Assembly: GCF_018350175.1 (NCBI RefSeq)
Contig: NC_058368.1
Span: forward strand, 103,976,001-104,040,000
Direction: 5' to 3'
Length of the DNA stretch: 64,000 bases
Source: Felis catus
Lineage: Eukaryota
Numbering within the stretch: the stretch's first letter is position 1; every line of letters begins with the position of its first letter. The notes under the pieces were generated by a model. That model did no database searches and had not been told where the DNA came from. It was given only the letters and a program-made list of their open reading frames with translations. The position numbers and the translations under genes were made by a program. Below, piece after piece: positions 63,395 to 64,000 of the stretch.

Positions 63395-64000
63395 GTGAGT
63401 TGCCTACCTAACTAGCTCAGTGCGAAAGAAAGGGGATGATGCGTCCCACAGTTACACTTCTCCTGACACCATGACCAGGGGACCTTAATATCTGAGGTAA
63501 AATTGAAGACACAGGGTGTTTCTGTCCTCAAGAACGGGGCGGGGCATAGAAGGCCATCAACTTTTTCCAAGTAATCGAAGAGCTGTCCTACCAAAGAAAA
63601 GAAGCAATATAGGGGCCCCTGCGGGTGGCTCAGTCGGTTAAGCATCCAACTTGGGCTCAGGTCATGATCTCACGGTGTGTGAGTTCGAGCCCCACGGGGG
63701 GCTCTGTGCTGACAGCTCAGAGCCTGGAGCCTCCTTCGGATTCTGTGTCTCCCTTCTCTCTCTCTCTCTCTCTCTCTGTCCCTCCCACATTTGTGCTCTG
63801 TCTCTCTCTCTCTCTCTGTCAAAAATAAAGTATAAAAAAAATTTTTTTTAAGAAACAGGATAATGGCTGTCTGGGCAAGTGGGTGGTCCGTGGAGGTGAT
63901 CCTAAAATCTTGCTCCTTTTGCTTGTCAGTGTTGTTTTAGAGGGATTCACCAATGGTTGGGGGAGGGGCATGGTCCATCCCCACAAATCACTGATTGTCT

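Larger units (their letters stand above)
300..63850. mobile_element. Roughly 60 CAN-SINE (felid SINEC-type) copies dispersed across the window (collective entry)
   Basis: Recurrent ggggcgcctgggtggctcagtcggttaagcgtccgact...gagttcgagcccc (Pol III A/B boxes), (CT)n and A-rich tail. Examples + : 2465, 5573, 9807, 14033, 20972, 26381, 31822, 33159, 44990, 61820, 63612; - : 7158, 8962, 11308, 15001, 18515, 21375, 35690, 49378, 61117. Count is by eye. Confidence 0.95.

Noticed and set aside
474..63851. Recurrent ORF families (MAQSVKRLTSAQVMIS..., ...HERGRGRERGRHRIGNRLQ...)
   Set aside because: Reading frames through CAN-SINE copies, not a protein family.

Overview
Mammalian genomic DNA, almost certainly felid (cat-like): dense tRNA-derived CAN-SINEs with CT-microsatellite and A-rich tails, plus carnivore L1. 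The window lies within the + strand gene GRAMD2B (GRAMD3). About 47 kb of upstream intron is followed by seven coding exons (47296-47415, 50637-50748, 53789-53855, 54783-54886, 60435-60530, 63143-63214, 63314-63394). They splice in frame at GT-AG sites and encode the N-terminal region and GRAM domain. I did not recognise a first exon, and the gene continues past the window end. Exon numbers are inferred from my recollection of the human gene. The introns hold roughly 60 SINEs, L1 fragments, solo LTRs, old DNA-transposon/MIR/L2 relics, an RPS18 processed pseudogene, a U6 retrocopy and long microsatellites. Most ORFs in the track are repeat artefacts. I see no new protein-coding system. The best leads are structural: (1) a local part-direct, part-inverted duplication fused to a truncated SINE, with twin-priming geometry; (2) its inverted arm brackets exons 4+5, an in-frame 171-nt unit that could be skipped or circularised; (3) a 78-bp-arm inverted repeat in non-SINE sequence; (4) a 69-unit perfect (GGAAA)n tract in a SINE tail; (5) candidate alternative start and acceptor sites.
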